DNA of 64,000 nucleotides from an uncultured cyanobacterium (GTDB lineage Bacteria; Cyanobacteriota; Cyanobacteriia; Cyanobacteriales; Cyanobacteriaceae): positions 832,001-896,000 of the forward strand of contig CAVVOP010000008.1 in NCBI GenBank assembly GCA_963749915.1, written 5' to 3'. The stretch's first letter is position 1. The number at the start of each line of letters is the position of its first letter. Positions 45,695-55,496 of this stretch are shown here, one piece after another. The position numbers and the translations under genes are program-made. The notes under the pieces were generated by a model. That model was given only the letters and a program-made list of their open reading frames with translations, did no database searches and was not told the DNA's origin.

Positions 45695-45947
45695 GTCGTT
45701 AAACTTTAACTGCCCTTCTGCCTTCTGCCTTCCTGCCTTCTTTAAGATCCCAAGTATATGTGATACATACAATAAATTTAGGGTATGCTAATGCAACCTT
45801 TTCGTACCCTTTGACAGCAAGACTCTTTTTCCCTACAGTTATTTATATAAAAAGTCGATGATTTTTTATTATCAGCAAAACCCCTGAAGTGTAAAATAAC
45901 TACCAAGGGCTTGGTAGCTATCGATTTTAATCTGATTAATTAATATT

Positions 45948-46469
45948 ATGACACAGTTAGCTACTGCCAATGGTGGCTTGATTCAGCCTTTGAATCAGTC
46001 ACTCGATTGTATTATTGAGGCTTTAATTGCTTCTAAGCATAAGGCTTCTACCCGTCTAACTTATCGTCAAAATCTCAAGTATTTTGCTCATTATCTGATT
46101 CATGGGTTCTTAAATAAATGTCAGAAGATAGTTTTACCTGACATCCAAATCAAAGCGGTTATCGGTGAGTTTTTAGGTTTTGAAAAGGTGAGGGCCATCG
46201 CTTACACTGCTCAATATCAATTAGATTTAATTGAGGCTGATTATACTCCCAATAGTATCGGTAAACAGGTCATTCATTTAGCACCGAAGACGGTATCAGC
46301 TTTAAATAATTGGCTATCTTGTTACTCTAATCCTCAACCTGAATCACCCCTGTTTATTAGTCTAGCCAACAATACTAGAGGCAATAGATTAACAGGAAAA
46401 AGTATTTACTGCATTGTCAGAAAATATAATGTACCTAAACCTAATACTGTTACTGTAGGGAAAACATAA
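45948..46469 (+). pseudogene. Tyrosine recombinase remnant (internally deleted)
   Basis: STRLTYRQNL SAM-like start and ALNNWL..PLFISL..RLTGKSIY..VRKY; the catalytic R and HxxR/Y segments are missing. Confidence 0.7.
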
Positions 46470-46487
46470 TCTATTCTTATGTGGCAC
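46459..46487. other. dif-like tyrosine-recombinase site
   Basis: GGAAAACATAA-TCTATTC-TTATGTGGCAC: CATAA/TTATG arms with a 7-bp spacer. Confidence 0.5.
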
Positions 46488-46928
46488 TCAGTTAATTTAA
46501 TCATTATACTGCTACGCGATCGATCTAGGAATTATAAATTATGAATGTAGAAGAAAGTGATGAAACTTAAAAAGTTAAGTTGATGATTATTAAGAGTTTA
46601 GTTTGTTTTCCTAATTTGATACTCTACATTTAAAAATCTTTTACCCTTGCCCGACTCTCTTCCTTTACTTTTAATGGGAGGAACTCGTGATGGAGTTATC
46701 GCTAATAATACTCAACTTTATGGAATGACGGAAAAAGACCCAATCTACTCAAATGAACATAATTTGCTCATTGGTTACGACATTCCCATATCACTGAGGC
46801 GATTAAGGGTGGTTGTGATTTATCACTTTTTCACCAGTCATTAGGACATTCAAGTATTACTACTACCCAAATGGCTCTTCAAAATAGTACAGAAGAATTG
46901 ATTGCCCCATGTCGCACCAACCTTCTAT

Positions 46929-47375
46929 TTAGGCCGTATAAGTAGAGAAATATGCCTTGGGTTGATATCCCAGTCGTTTATACACAGGAACTCCAGCAGG
47001 TGTAGCATGAAGAATAGTGCGACTCTTCCCAAATTTCTTCTCTGCCTGTGCTAGGCAATGTCTAATTACGGTTTGAGCATAGCCATGATTACGATATTCG
47101 GGTAATGTTGCCACAAACGCTACATAAAATTTCCCCTCGAGCCACAAAACCATAGCAGTGGATACAGGCTTATTCTCTAAGTATCCCACCGTGCCCAATA
47201 CAGTTTTTCCCCAAAATTCTTCTCTTTCTAAAGGTTCACAAAACTGTTCGGGTCGCATCTGATAACTAACTGCATTAATATAACCCACTGCTTTTCTTGT
47301 TTCTTGATTATCAACACAGACACACTCAAGAGTTGGAATTGGTTTGACTGATGGTATAAGTTGATCCGTCGCCAT
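46929..47375 (-). CDS. GNAT acetyltransferase (probably a C-terminal fragment)
   Basis: VATLPEYRNHGYA, LHATPAG..VYKRLGY. Confidence 0.75.
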   Translation of the reverse strand: MATDQLIPSVKPIPTLECVCVDNQETRKAVGYINAVSYQMRPEQFCEPLEREEFWGKTVLGTVGYLENKPVSTAMVLWLEGKFYVAFVATLPEYRNHGYAQTVIRHCLAQAEKKFGKSRTILHATPAGVPVYKRLGYQPKAYFSTYTA

Positions 47376-47473
47376 TAGTTCATACTGAAAATATTTATGA
47401 AAAATAAGTTTTTATGTGCTATCTTAGTTTCGTTTGATTTCCGTAAATCTGTATTTAAAGATTTCTGTAAATA

Positions 47474-48259
47474 ATGATAATCAGTATTCAAAGTCAAAAA
47501 GGAGGGGTAGGAAAGACTACTCTCTCCATTAACCTTAGTTATGCTTTAACCAAAAAAAGGTCGCCCAATAAAGTATTACTCGTTGATTCAGATCCTCAAG
47601 GTTCAGCTAGAGATTGGGCTAATGCTAGAGAAGATGAATTACCTTTTATGGTGGTGGGATTACATCGTCCTACTATTCATCGAGATTTACCAAAAATGGC
47701 TCAAGATTATGATTATGTGGTTATTGACGGTTCACCTAGAGTATCAGATTTAGCTAGATCTGGAATCCTTGCCGCTGACTTAGTTGTTATTCCTGTGCAA
47801 CCATCTCCTTATGATATTTGGGCAGTAGCAGAAACAGTTAAAATAATCGACGAAGCTTCTGTATTTAAAGAAACACTGAAATCTGTATTTGTAATTAATC
47901 GTAAAATCGTAAATACGGCGATCGGTAGAGATATAGCGGAAGCTCTTGAACAATACTCCATTCCTGTAGCGAAAACTCAAATTTGTCAACGAGTTATTTT
48001 TGCTGAATCGGCCGTTACTGGTCAATCTGTATTGGAAACCAGTCGTACTAATAAAGTTGAGCAAATGGAAGAGTGGGTATCTAATCGTAATCTAGAAGAA
48101 GTAAAACAAGAGTCGCCAAAACCAAAAGTAAAGATGAAAAGATTAACTCTTGATATTAGTGAAGAGCTTCATAAAGCAATCAAACTTAAATCAGTTCAAG
48201 AAGGGATACCTATGGCTGACTTACTAAGAGAATTATTACAAGAGTATTTCTATAAATAA
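47474..48259 (+). CDS. parA: Type Ib ParA ATPase fused in frame to a ParG-like ribbon-helix-helix protein
   Basis: QKGGVGKTT, DSDPQGSA, PVQPSPYD; C-terminal KRLTLDISEELHKAIK..MADLLRELL. Confidence 0.8.
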   Translation: MIISIQSQKGGVGKTTLSINLSYALTKKRSPNKVLLVDSDPQGSARDWANAREDELPFMVVGLHRPTIHRDLPKMAQDYDYVVIDGSPRVSDLARSGILAADLVVIPVQPSPYDIWAVAETVKIIDEASVFKETLKSVFVINRKIVNTAIGRDIAEALEQYSIPVAKTQICQRVIFAESAVTGQSVLETSRTNKVEQMEEWVSNRNLEEVKQESPKPKVKMKRLTLDISEELHKAIKLKSVQEGIPMADLLRELLQEYFYK

Positions 48260-48305
48260 ATAAAGAAATACAGATAATTGTATTTAAAGAAATAAAGATT
48301 TACAG
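48258..48305. promoter_or_regulatory. Putative centromere-like array of 8-bp repeats (second array 47437-47468)
   Basis: AAATAAAG AAATACAG ATAATTGT ATTTAAAG AAATAAAG ATTTACAG downstream and ATTTCCGT AAATCTGT ATTTAAAG ATTTCTGT upstream of parA. Confidence 0.55.
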
Positions 48306-48380
48306 AAAGATGAAATGCTCTAATTTTTTGATTCAATCTATAAATATAATAAAAGTAGGAATAAAAATAAAAGTAAAGTT

Positions 48381-48584
48381 ATGACATTAAGCGATATCAA
48401 AGAAACTAAAAAAGACGCTGAATATTACCGAAAAAAAATAGGAGTAAAAAAGAAAAATCCTGAAGAACTCCGAAAATTATTTGATGAGATCAATAAAAAT
48501 CTAGAAGAAATGGCAAAATCTAGTGGTATGAGCGTAGAAGAATTAATTGAAGTCTTAGATCCTAGTAATCCTTCTCCTTTTTAA
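48381..48584 (+). CDS. Small protein, probable antitoxin of the PIN toxin
   Basis: 67 aa, ends 2 bp before the PIN gene. Confidence 0.55.
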   Translation: MTLSDIKETKKDAEYYRKKIGVKKKNPEELRKLFDEINKNLEEMAKSSGMSVEELIEVLDPSNPSPF

Positions 48585-48586
48585 TT

Positions 48587-49030
48587 ATGCTTTTGGTTGT
48601 CGATGCCAACATTTTAATTGGTGAATTATTAAGGAAAAGAGGACAAGAATTAATCCAAGATTCTCGACTAATTCTGTATATTTCTGAAAGAGTTTTTAGT
48701 GAAGCAAACCACGAGTTAAATAAAAGAATCAAGTTAATGATCCAACAGGGGAGAGTATCTTCATCTGAAGGAGATTTACGGTTAATTAATGCTCAATCTA
48801 TCATCGATAATGTTGTTAATATAGTACCTTTAATTGATTATCAACACTTAGAAGAAGAAGCAAAAAATCGTATTCCTCAAGATCCTAATGACTGGGAAAC
48901 AGTAGCGATTTCATTATTGCTCGATGTTGATATTTGGACAAAAGATAGTGACTTTCTCGGTTGTGGTCGTGCCACTTGGACAACGGAAACTTTAATATAT
49001 TATTTGAATAAACATAAACCAAATTCATAA
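48587..49030 (+). CDS. PIN-domain (VapC-like) protein
   Basis: LVVDANIL, DPNDW..VA, IWTKDSDF. Confidence 0.85.
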   Translation: MLLVVDANILIGELLRKRGQELIQDSRLILYISERVFSEANHELNKRIKLMIQQGRVSSSEGDLRLINAQSIIDNVVNIVPLIDYQHLEEEAKNRIPQDPNDWETVAISLLLDVDIWTKDSDFLGCGRATWTTETLIYYLNKHKPNS

Positions 49031-49783
49031 ATCAAAAACAACCTGGGTTAGATGTAGCAAATCAGTTTCTAAGAGCAAAATTCCTTAAGGATTTTCCCGA
49101 TTTGTTAATGCTTCTTTAATAGATTTAGTAAAGTTGTTGCCGCCCGTAACGCTTATCTTCCTCATCCCGAACATGAGCGGGTTAAAGCTGTATTACTGGA
49201 ATGTATCGATGATGCTGTCGCTTTCGACTTTGAGGCTTGAATATAAATAGTAACTCTAACCGTAACCCACAGACAGGACAAGCTCAAATTCTGGCACTTT
49301 ACGTCCGGTTAAAGGTCTCGGTCAATATCCGCCATCCTTTGGATGATCGTCTTTGTAGTTGGAGATGTGATATATGCCCAAAATAAAGCAATGCGATCGT
49401 GCAGCGCTACTTCGTGATCGTTGTAAATTCTACTCAAACAATCCTAATTTAGTATGTGCCGTTAATCCTGGTGGCGTGGACACGGATACTTGTATTGATT
49501 TTAGAAAGTTTTTTCGTCTTATTTAGTACTACTTGTTTCTCAGAGATAGGCTAAATCTTCGGTTTTTTTAAGTTTTCTCCTCAAAGTCTCCTTCGGGAAC
49601 AATCCCTAGACAGAAGCACTCAGAAGTGATTGGAGCAAAATCCGCCCCTTCTCCAAACAAACCGAAATCTGAGTTCAGTTTTTCCCTTTGTAACAATTTG
49701 CCCAGTTTTATTAAGATTTGTTGCATTAACTTGTCAAACTTGTTAGGCTGTGCGTGAACAGTGCTAATAAAGGAGTAACTTTC

Positions 49784-49891
49784 ATGACAACTATGACGAT
49801 CGCTTTAATTTCCGTGTTGGTTCTCGGCTGGCTTCTAGCTGCCACCATTGGGACTTGGGCCTACTTTGCCAATGAACGACCCGACTCTTGA
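49784..49891 (+). CDS. 35-aa single-TM protein, Psb35-like N-terminus (not in the ORF track)
   Basis: AGGAG RBS; MTTMTIALISVLVLGWLLAATIGTWAYFANERPDS. Confidence 0.6.
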   Translation: MTTMTIALISVLVLGWLLAATIGTWAYFANERPDS

Positions 49892-50281
49892 GGGTATGAG
49901 AAAAACCCCGCCGAGAATGATGAAAATTCTCGATGCCAGGGCTTTCCATTACCCTAATCAGTAATTTAGTTGTGAGTTTTCTCAACACAAGTAATTAACT
50001 TTCAATCCCGTAAACCGACTAGTCCAGAAAGTTTACGGTTAATATCATACAATATTCTCGCTCTCTACTTTCCTTTAATTCGCTACAGAATTCAAGAGCA
50101 GTAATTGGTGATTAATTTCTGTGTTTTCTAGTAGTTGCTTTTCATCCATACTGTCTAAACTACCATATTTCGTTACCCCTCTGAACGGTTACGATATTTC
50201 TCTACTGGTGGAATGCAGAATTAAGAATGTAGAATGCATCAGTGGAAAACCTTTTATTTTGAATCATGCCCAATTTACATT

Positions 50282-50881
50282 TCAAAAAAAGGAAATTTGA
50301 CACCATTCGCACTTTTCTCCGTCGTTACCATTATGATCGATAGCCCAGACTCTCCATCTTAAGCTATCGCAACCTACATCTTTTGCTCTAAGATGTATTT
50401 TTGAACTATAAATAGGATTATTCATCAGACGAAACGCTACCCCACGTTTGATGAACCATGGATGATCTTCTGACCCACGCCATGCAGTTGGATCATCTTT
50501 GCTACTACGGCAGTCAATCTCGATTCCATAGGATGCCGCTCCTTCTACAGGATGCCAGTAAATAGGAAAAAAATAATTATCCGGTGGCCATTTCCTGGCT
50601 GAGTTGCACTTAGGTTCTTTCATCACAGGTGGAGGTAATTTAGCTGTCAGATCAGATGTCGATTCCGATGAGGTCGATGGTGGCAAAGAGGAAGGTTCTG
50701 GTATCGTTGAGGAAGGAGGAGTGTCTCTTGTTAGCAATGGACCTATTACAGCAGAGATTAATGTTGTAATAACTGTGACTACTCCTGTAATAATGGCAAT
50801 CGCGACAGCCTTGTCTCTTCCTTGAGAAGATTTCTTATTTTCTGGAGATTCATTTATCTTTGAAGGCTCTTGTTCGTTCAT
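50282..50881 (-). CDS. Membrane-anchored protein with a Pro/Ser linker and FnIII-like C-terminal domain
   Basis: TM helix, PS-rich linker, W.PVEGAASY.IEI and WRVWAID..G. Confidence 0.6.
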   Translation of the reverse strand: MNEQEPSKINESPENKKSSQGRDKAVAIAIITGVVTVITTLISAVIGPLLTRDTPPSSTIPEPSSLPPSTSSESTSDLTAKLPPPVMKEPKCNSARKWPPDNYFFPIYWHPVEGAASYGIEIDCRSSKDDPTAWRGSEDHPWFIKRGVAFRLMNNPIYSSKIHLRAKDVGCDSLRWRVWAIDHNGNDGEKCEWCQISFF

Positions 50882-50974
50882 AAAAATTTACTCCATCGCT
50901 TGCCCATAAAATCATGATAGATATAGATATTCAAAGTAGAAATAAACTTCACAATCTTCCAGATTAAAACAGTA

Positions 50975-51151
50975 TTAGCTGCAACAGTTTCCGTTCAAGA
51001 TTCGACGATCGTCCTCAAAGATATAGTTATTTATGATAACTCCTCCCATTCCAAATTCGAAAAGCTGCGACGGCACAAGAGAGGTAGCTTTAGCTAATCT
51101 CTTTACAAATACAATTCGCTTTTGTCCTAATGATTGCTTGAGGAGTCTTAT
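50975..51151 (-). pseudogene. Degenerate member of the leader-peptide family (ATA in place of ATG)
   Basis: IRLLKQSLGQKR..SLVPS|QLF matches the leader pattern of the neighbours; AAGGA upstream. Confidence 0.55.
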
Positions 51152-51198
51152 TGGCAATGTTCCTTCGCTCTCTTTTATTTTGGAAAAATAGATTAGAG

Positions 51199-51531
51199 TC
51201 AAATTCTAGAAAAGGGAGAACAAGGTCTTTCAACACAGGGACCTCGACGAACCTGAATACCTCCAAACCGAGAGTCGAAGCAATAAGTAACTTCTCTGAT
51301 GCTTTGTCGAAAGCCAAGAAATCCAAATGGTGGAATGGGCTGAAGCCGGCAACGGCTACATTCTTCAAACAGGCTAAAACAATTAAAAGGTGCTACTGGA
51401 ACTCCTTCTAGAATCTCTCTTGGGTCAAAGAAACCTGAATCAAAATTTGGTTGAGATGGAGCAATCTTGGCAGTAAGTGGTCTCATGTTACTGTTTCGAT
51501 TGGTGCCAACAGATTGTATTGGAATTTTCAT
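51199..51531 (-). CDS. Cys-rich precursor peptide A
   Basis: MKIPIQSVGTNR..KIAPS leader; 6 Cys in the core. Confidence 0.7.
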   Translation of the reverse strand: MKIPIQSVGTNRNSNMRPLTAKIAPSQPNFDSGFFDPREILEGVPVAPFNCFSLFEECSRCRLQPIPPFGFLGFRQSIREVTYCFDSRFGGIQVRRGPCVERPCSPFSRI

Positions 51532-51878
51532 CTTTCTCTTCTAGAAATAGTTCGGGTATTAATTTTACGTGAGGCTATATTAGGCTTTGATTCGATTAAG
51601 ATCACGATACTTTGCCTTTTACCAAACGGACGAAAAAGGGTTCTGTCTAAAACCAAATACTTGCTCAGGTAATCTAATTAGTAATACTCCTTAAATTGAT
51701 AAATTTTTCGAATAAAATCAATTATCGTTTGTTTTTGTGTATTGTGCTGTCGCTAAAACACTTAACACCTTACTAATAAGATCACAAAGAGCAATTAATC
51801 TTTTTTACCAATTTGTTTCAACGAGCAAGTAACCTCTTCCAAAAACCTGAAAATAGGTAAATTTTCTATTGTCCCTTT

Positions 51879-52136
51879 TTAACCAAAGCCAATAGTAAAG
51901 TTTTGTGCTATGCAAAACCCAAAAGGAATACAACCAAAAGTATTGTTGCAGATGCTAGTTAATCGGCAAGCAAAACCTTGGGGACAGTTAACGTATCCTA
52001 AAATCTCGCGACAAATACGACGATTATCACCAGGGCAACATGCCGCAGGATGCACTCCTACTTTATCTAGATTACTAGCGTGAACACTAATGATACTAGC
52101 TCTCACAGTAGAGTTAGCCTGTTTGGGAAGTTTCAT
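51879..52136 (-). CDS. Cys-rich precursor peptide B
   Basis: MKLPKQANSTVR..GVHPA leader; 8 Cys; GAGG RBS. Confidence 0.75.
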   Translation of the reverse strand: MKLPKQANSTVRASIISVHASNLDKVGVHPAACCPGDNRRICREILGYVNCPQGFACRLTSICNNTFGCIPFGFCIAQNFTIGFG

Positions 52137-52381
52137 TTTTCTATCCTCTTAAACAAAAATTTGAACGAATAAGTAATATAAGGTAGTTAATATTGCTAAA
52201 GACTCGTTATCTAATAAACCACGATCGCACTATTTTTTCAGCACTATTATCTGGACAAAAAGCACATCAGGCGATCGCTAATTCTAACTGAACGACTTTC
52301 TTTCCCTAACTCAAACACTTACGGTTTAAGAAATTCTGCCGTTTAATCTACCATTGTAAGATTGAGAGGTACGTACGCTAC

Positions 52382-52684
52382 CTAAGGGAAAACTGGCACG
52401 GGTCTTGGCCTCGCTTGGAATGGGAAAGGTGGGGATGCCGGATCCTCAGGAGGAAGCCCAGCAATCGTGCACGCAAAAGTGCAGCCGTCATGACAAATAT
52501 CAGGAGGAACCCATATAGGACAGGCAAGCTTGCAGAGATCTCGGCACAAGTTGCCGGGACCCTGCGGTTGCGGTTCGCGTAGGATAGTACCGAAGCGACC
52601 AACCCAAGCTGCATTAATGCCAGTATAAGAGGGCATTGCTCTTGTGCTGCGCGTAACATTGACGGATTGAACTGGGAGTCTCAT
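52382..52684 (-). CDS. Cys-rich precursor peptide C
   Basis: MRLPVQSVNVTR..GINAA leader; CX3CX3C-X8-CX3CX3C; AGGAGG RBS. Confidence 0.75.
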   Translation of the reverse strand: MRLPVQSVNVTRSTRAMPSYTGINAAWVGRFGTILREPQPQGPGNLCRDLCKLACPIWVPPDICHDGCTFACTIAGLPPEDPASPPFPFQARPRPVPVFP

Positions 52685-52849
52685 TTTTGCCTCCTTTTAC
52701 TAGATGATTGAATTAATTGGAAGTTTCATTTTTGTATTCTTCTTAAAAAGTCTAAATTTATCGAGTTGTAGTTTTACACGAAGACTACGAATTAAGCAAA
52801 TTCACGATCGCACTAACACACCCTACAAGATTAGCGATCGCACTAGGTT

Positions 52850-54441
52850 GGTGTCTTGAATTTTTCGCCACAGATATTAACCATAAAAAGGCGATCTGCT
52901 TGCAGCAGCGCTTCGCTCCGCCAAATCTCAAAGGCGATCATTAAACCTCAAAGGAGATCGTTAAACCTCAAAGGCGATCATTACCACGAAAAGATGGTGG
53001 TCTGCTTCATTAAATAATAGATGTCAGTAATTCAAAATTAAGGGAACAGTGAGTCAAGCCTCAGGGAAAGGGTCGGTTGTGTTTCGCGTGTTCTCGTTGG
53101 ACAACGAGGAAGAACAAAGTCAGACAACTCATTTCATTGGGAAAAGAGCCGATTTCATCAGCCTTACGACGAAATTCTTCAAAGAGGCGTTCGAGCAAGT
53201 TGGATGTCCGAATTCGGGGATGCAACTCCGCTTCAAATTGGTAAAAGGTGAAAGTCAGCTCAATATCTCGCAGAAAGACTTCTACCGCTTTCGCTTCTAA
53301 GTTTTGCCACTTTTTGACAAAAGCATTGAGTCGTTGCCGGGCCTCAATCCAAGACTGAGCACGATAGATATCATAAGCGTCTTCTTGAATCTCAAAGCGG
53401 CGTTGCTGTTTGGCTTGCTGCTCATCGAAGTCGGCAGTTGTTGTCTCGGACGAGGGAGACAACTGTTGATAGGTGAGATAGCGCTTCATTCCTCTCACCT
53501 TGTGAGTTGTGCATCGTTGCTGTTGGGCATTGGGTAAGCACTGTGTCATCACACCTGGCAGTCCTGAAATCCCATCACTGACTATGAGCTTAACCGCTTG
53601 GGGGTCGAGTCCTCGCTCAGTTAAGTGAGTGAAGAAATTTAGCCAAGATTGACTGTTTTCTCCTTCAGCTATTTCATAGTGCAACAACTGGTAGGTGCCA
53701 TCGGGCCAGACCGCCATAGCGGCTAAGATAACCCGCTCTTGAGCTTGGCGTACTTGACGAAGATGTCCAGCTCGGTCAAGTTTCTTCTCATCCAGTGTGT
53801 ATAAAATATCTATCCAGACTCCATCCACAATCAGAATCGGTGGGGTTACCTCAATCAGAGACTGACGCCGGATTTCCATCTGTTTTTGAGCCTCCAGAGT
53901 TACACGATTGACGGCAGTTAGTGAGAGAACACTGCCAAGTAGATGATACAATGCTTCTTGGAGATTTCGTAGAGATAATCCCAAGACATAAAGACACAGT
54001 GTCATGTCTAGTAAGCTCTGAAGCCCTCTTTGATAACGTTTGAGAATCTGCCATTCTCGTTCATGATTGGAGTCGCGCAGTTTGGGGACTCGTAACTCAG
54101 GGATTCTCCCATACTGAGTGTCCAACAGACGATGGAAATAACCTGAACGTCTTGCCTGAGGACCACTTCGGCTAGAGCGAAACGACTCTAACTCTTCCAC
54201 TAGGGCTGCTTCGACGGTGGCTTTGATAACTCCTGTAACTTCAGTACGCAGAGTGTTTTCCAGTTCTGAAGTAATTTCTGACTGAAAGCTTTGAGATTTG
54301 ACACGGAGAATTTGCTGTTCTCGTTCTGCGAGCTTCATAAACGAGTCCTTAAATATCAAGTTTAATTTCTTGGTTTATCTTGTTTATCTTGTTTATCCTG
54401 CTTTCATCAGCTTGTCAAGGTGGCGAAAAATTCAAGACACC
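52850..54441 (-). mobile_element. IS256-family element (transposase 53061-54359)
   Basis: 22-bp TIRs GGTGTCTTGAATTTTTCGCCAC / GTGGCGAAAAATTCAAGACACC; RSGY..T.YG...LRVPKLR, VDG, SDG..GL, QRC..H, RTSNLLER. Confidence 0.9.
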
Positions 54442-55042
54442 AACTAAAAAGATAATCAATCCCTTCCTGCCTTAACTCTTGTAACTCCTCCCACAGATTC
54501 CGAATGACTAAAATAGTTCTTTGTTTACTTCCCTTACCAACGATCGATAAATTAACTAAATCATCATCAACCCTAAAATTCGACCACTTCAAATTAACCG
54601 TCTCACTCACCCGTAAACCCAAACCAAACATCACCTTAACTAATAGCTTATCTCTAGTCGTTTGGGCATGGTCAATTAATTTCTGTATATCCTCCACCGT
54701 TAACAACTTCTGAGAAATAGTCTCATTTACCTTGGGACTCTCAATCATCGATGCAGGATTAACCTTGAGATAGCCTGTCTTCACACAGTAGGAAAACAAA
54801 CTCTTAATAATCATCAACTTCACCTTAATAGTTGATGCCTTTTGTTGTCTTAATTGTAGAGATCGCAGATAATCTTGAATATCCTCTAACATAATCTCCG
54901 ATAAATCCTTACCCGTAAATGCCATAAATTGTTGTATCGTACAGGTATATTGACTTTGCGTATGTACAGACCGCTTATTGGTTAACCAACTTAAGAGCAT
55001 TTCCGAGTCGTTGTTAGCACGAGTGACTTTCTCCGAGCGCAT
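54442..55042 (-). pseudogene. XerC/D-like tyrosine recombinase truncated by IS256
   Basis: SAM-like N-domain, GLRVSE and GKGSKQR; the frame runs into the IS256 TIR before HxxR/Y. Confidence 0.85.
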
Positions 55043-55094
55043 GATGACCCCAGGATTTTAGAGAATGAAATTATTATATCTGAGTGAGGATTAC

Positions 55095-55123
55095 TTTGAA
55101 CATTATATATAGTTATGTTCAAT
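55095..55123. other. dif-like site upstream of the recombinase
   Basis: TTTGAACATTA-TATATAG-TTATGTTCAAT; the right arm resembles the XerD box TTATGTTAAAT. Confidence 0.6.
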
Positions 55124-55496
55124 CCGACCTGGCACAGACAAACTTATTGAGTCAGAATAATTCACCCTAATCTTTACGGTCATTACTTTTCAGCCTGTTG
55201 CCACCTGGCTCAAATAACCTTGACTCTTTTGACACCAAAACTCTTGATTTCACCAAGTATTTTACTGAGTATTTTACTAGTATATTATTAGTTTGACGGA
55301 CGGGCGATCGCTTTTTTGAGAATAATAAAATTAATTATTTCACACTTCTAAATCAATATTTATGGCTCTACTGAAAGAGTCAAATAACTCTTAACCCCCT
55401 GTTGCCGCACTAGTAAGCATCACCAAAGTATTTCACTTCTTTTCCATCAAATGCCATCAATAAGTGCTGACCTTCTTCGTCTTCAATCTGATATAA

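Noticed and set aside
45281..45791. Alternative ORFs over the A-free tract (45281-45772 minus; 45332-45709 and 45354-45791 plus)
   Set aside because: Every stop codon needs both T and A, so all frames are open by composition; only the frame using the lone A as TAG has RBS and terminator support
46647..46844. 65-aa ORF
   Set aside because: Only the first half resembles an alpha/beta-hydrolase scrap (PLLLMGGTRDGVI); not supportable as a gene
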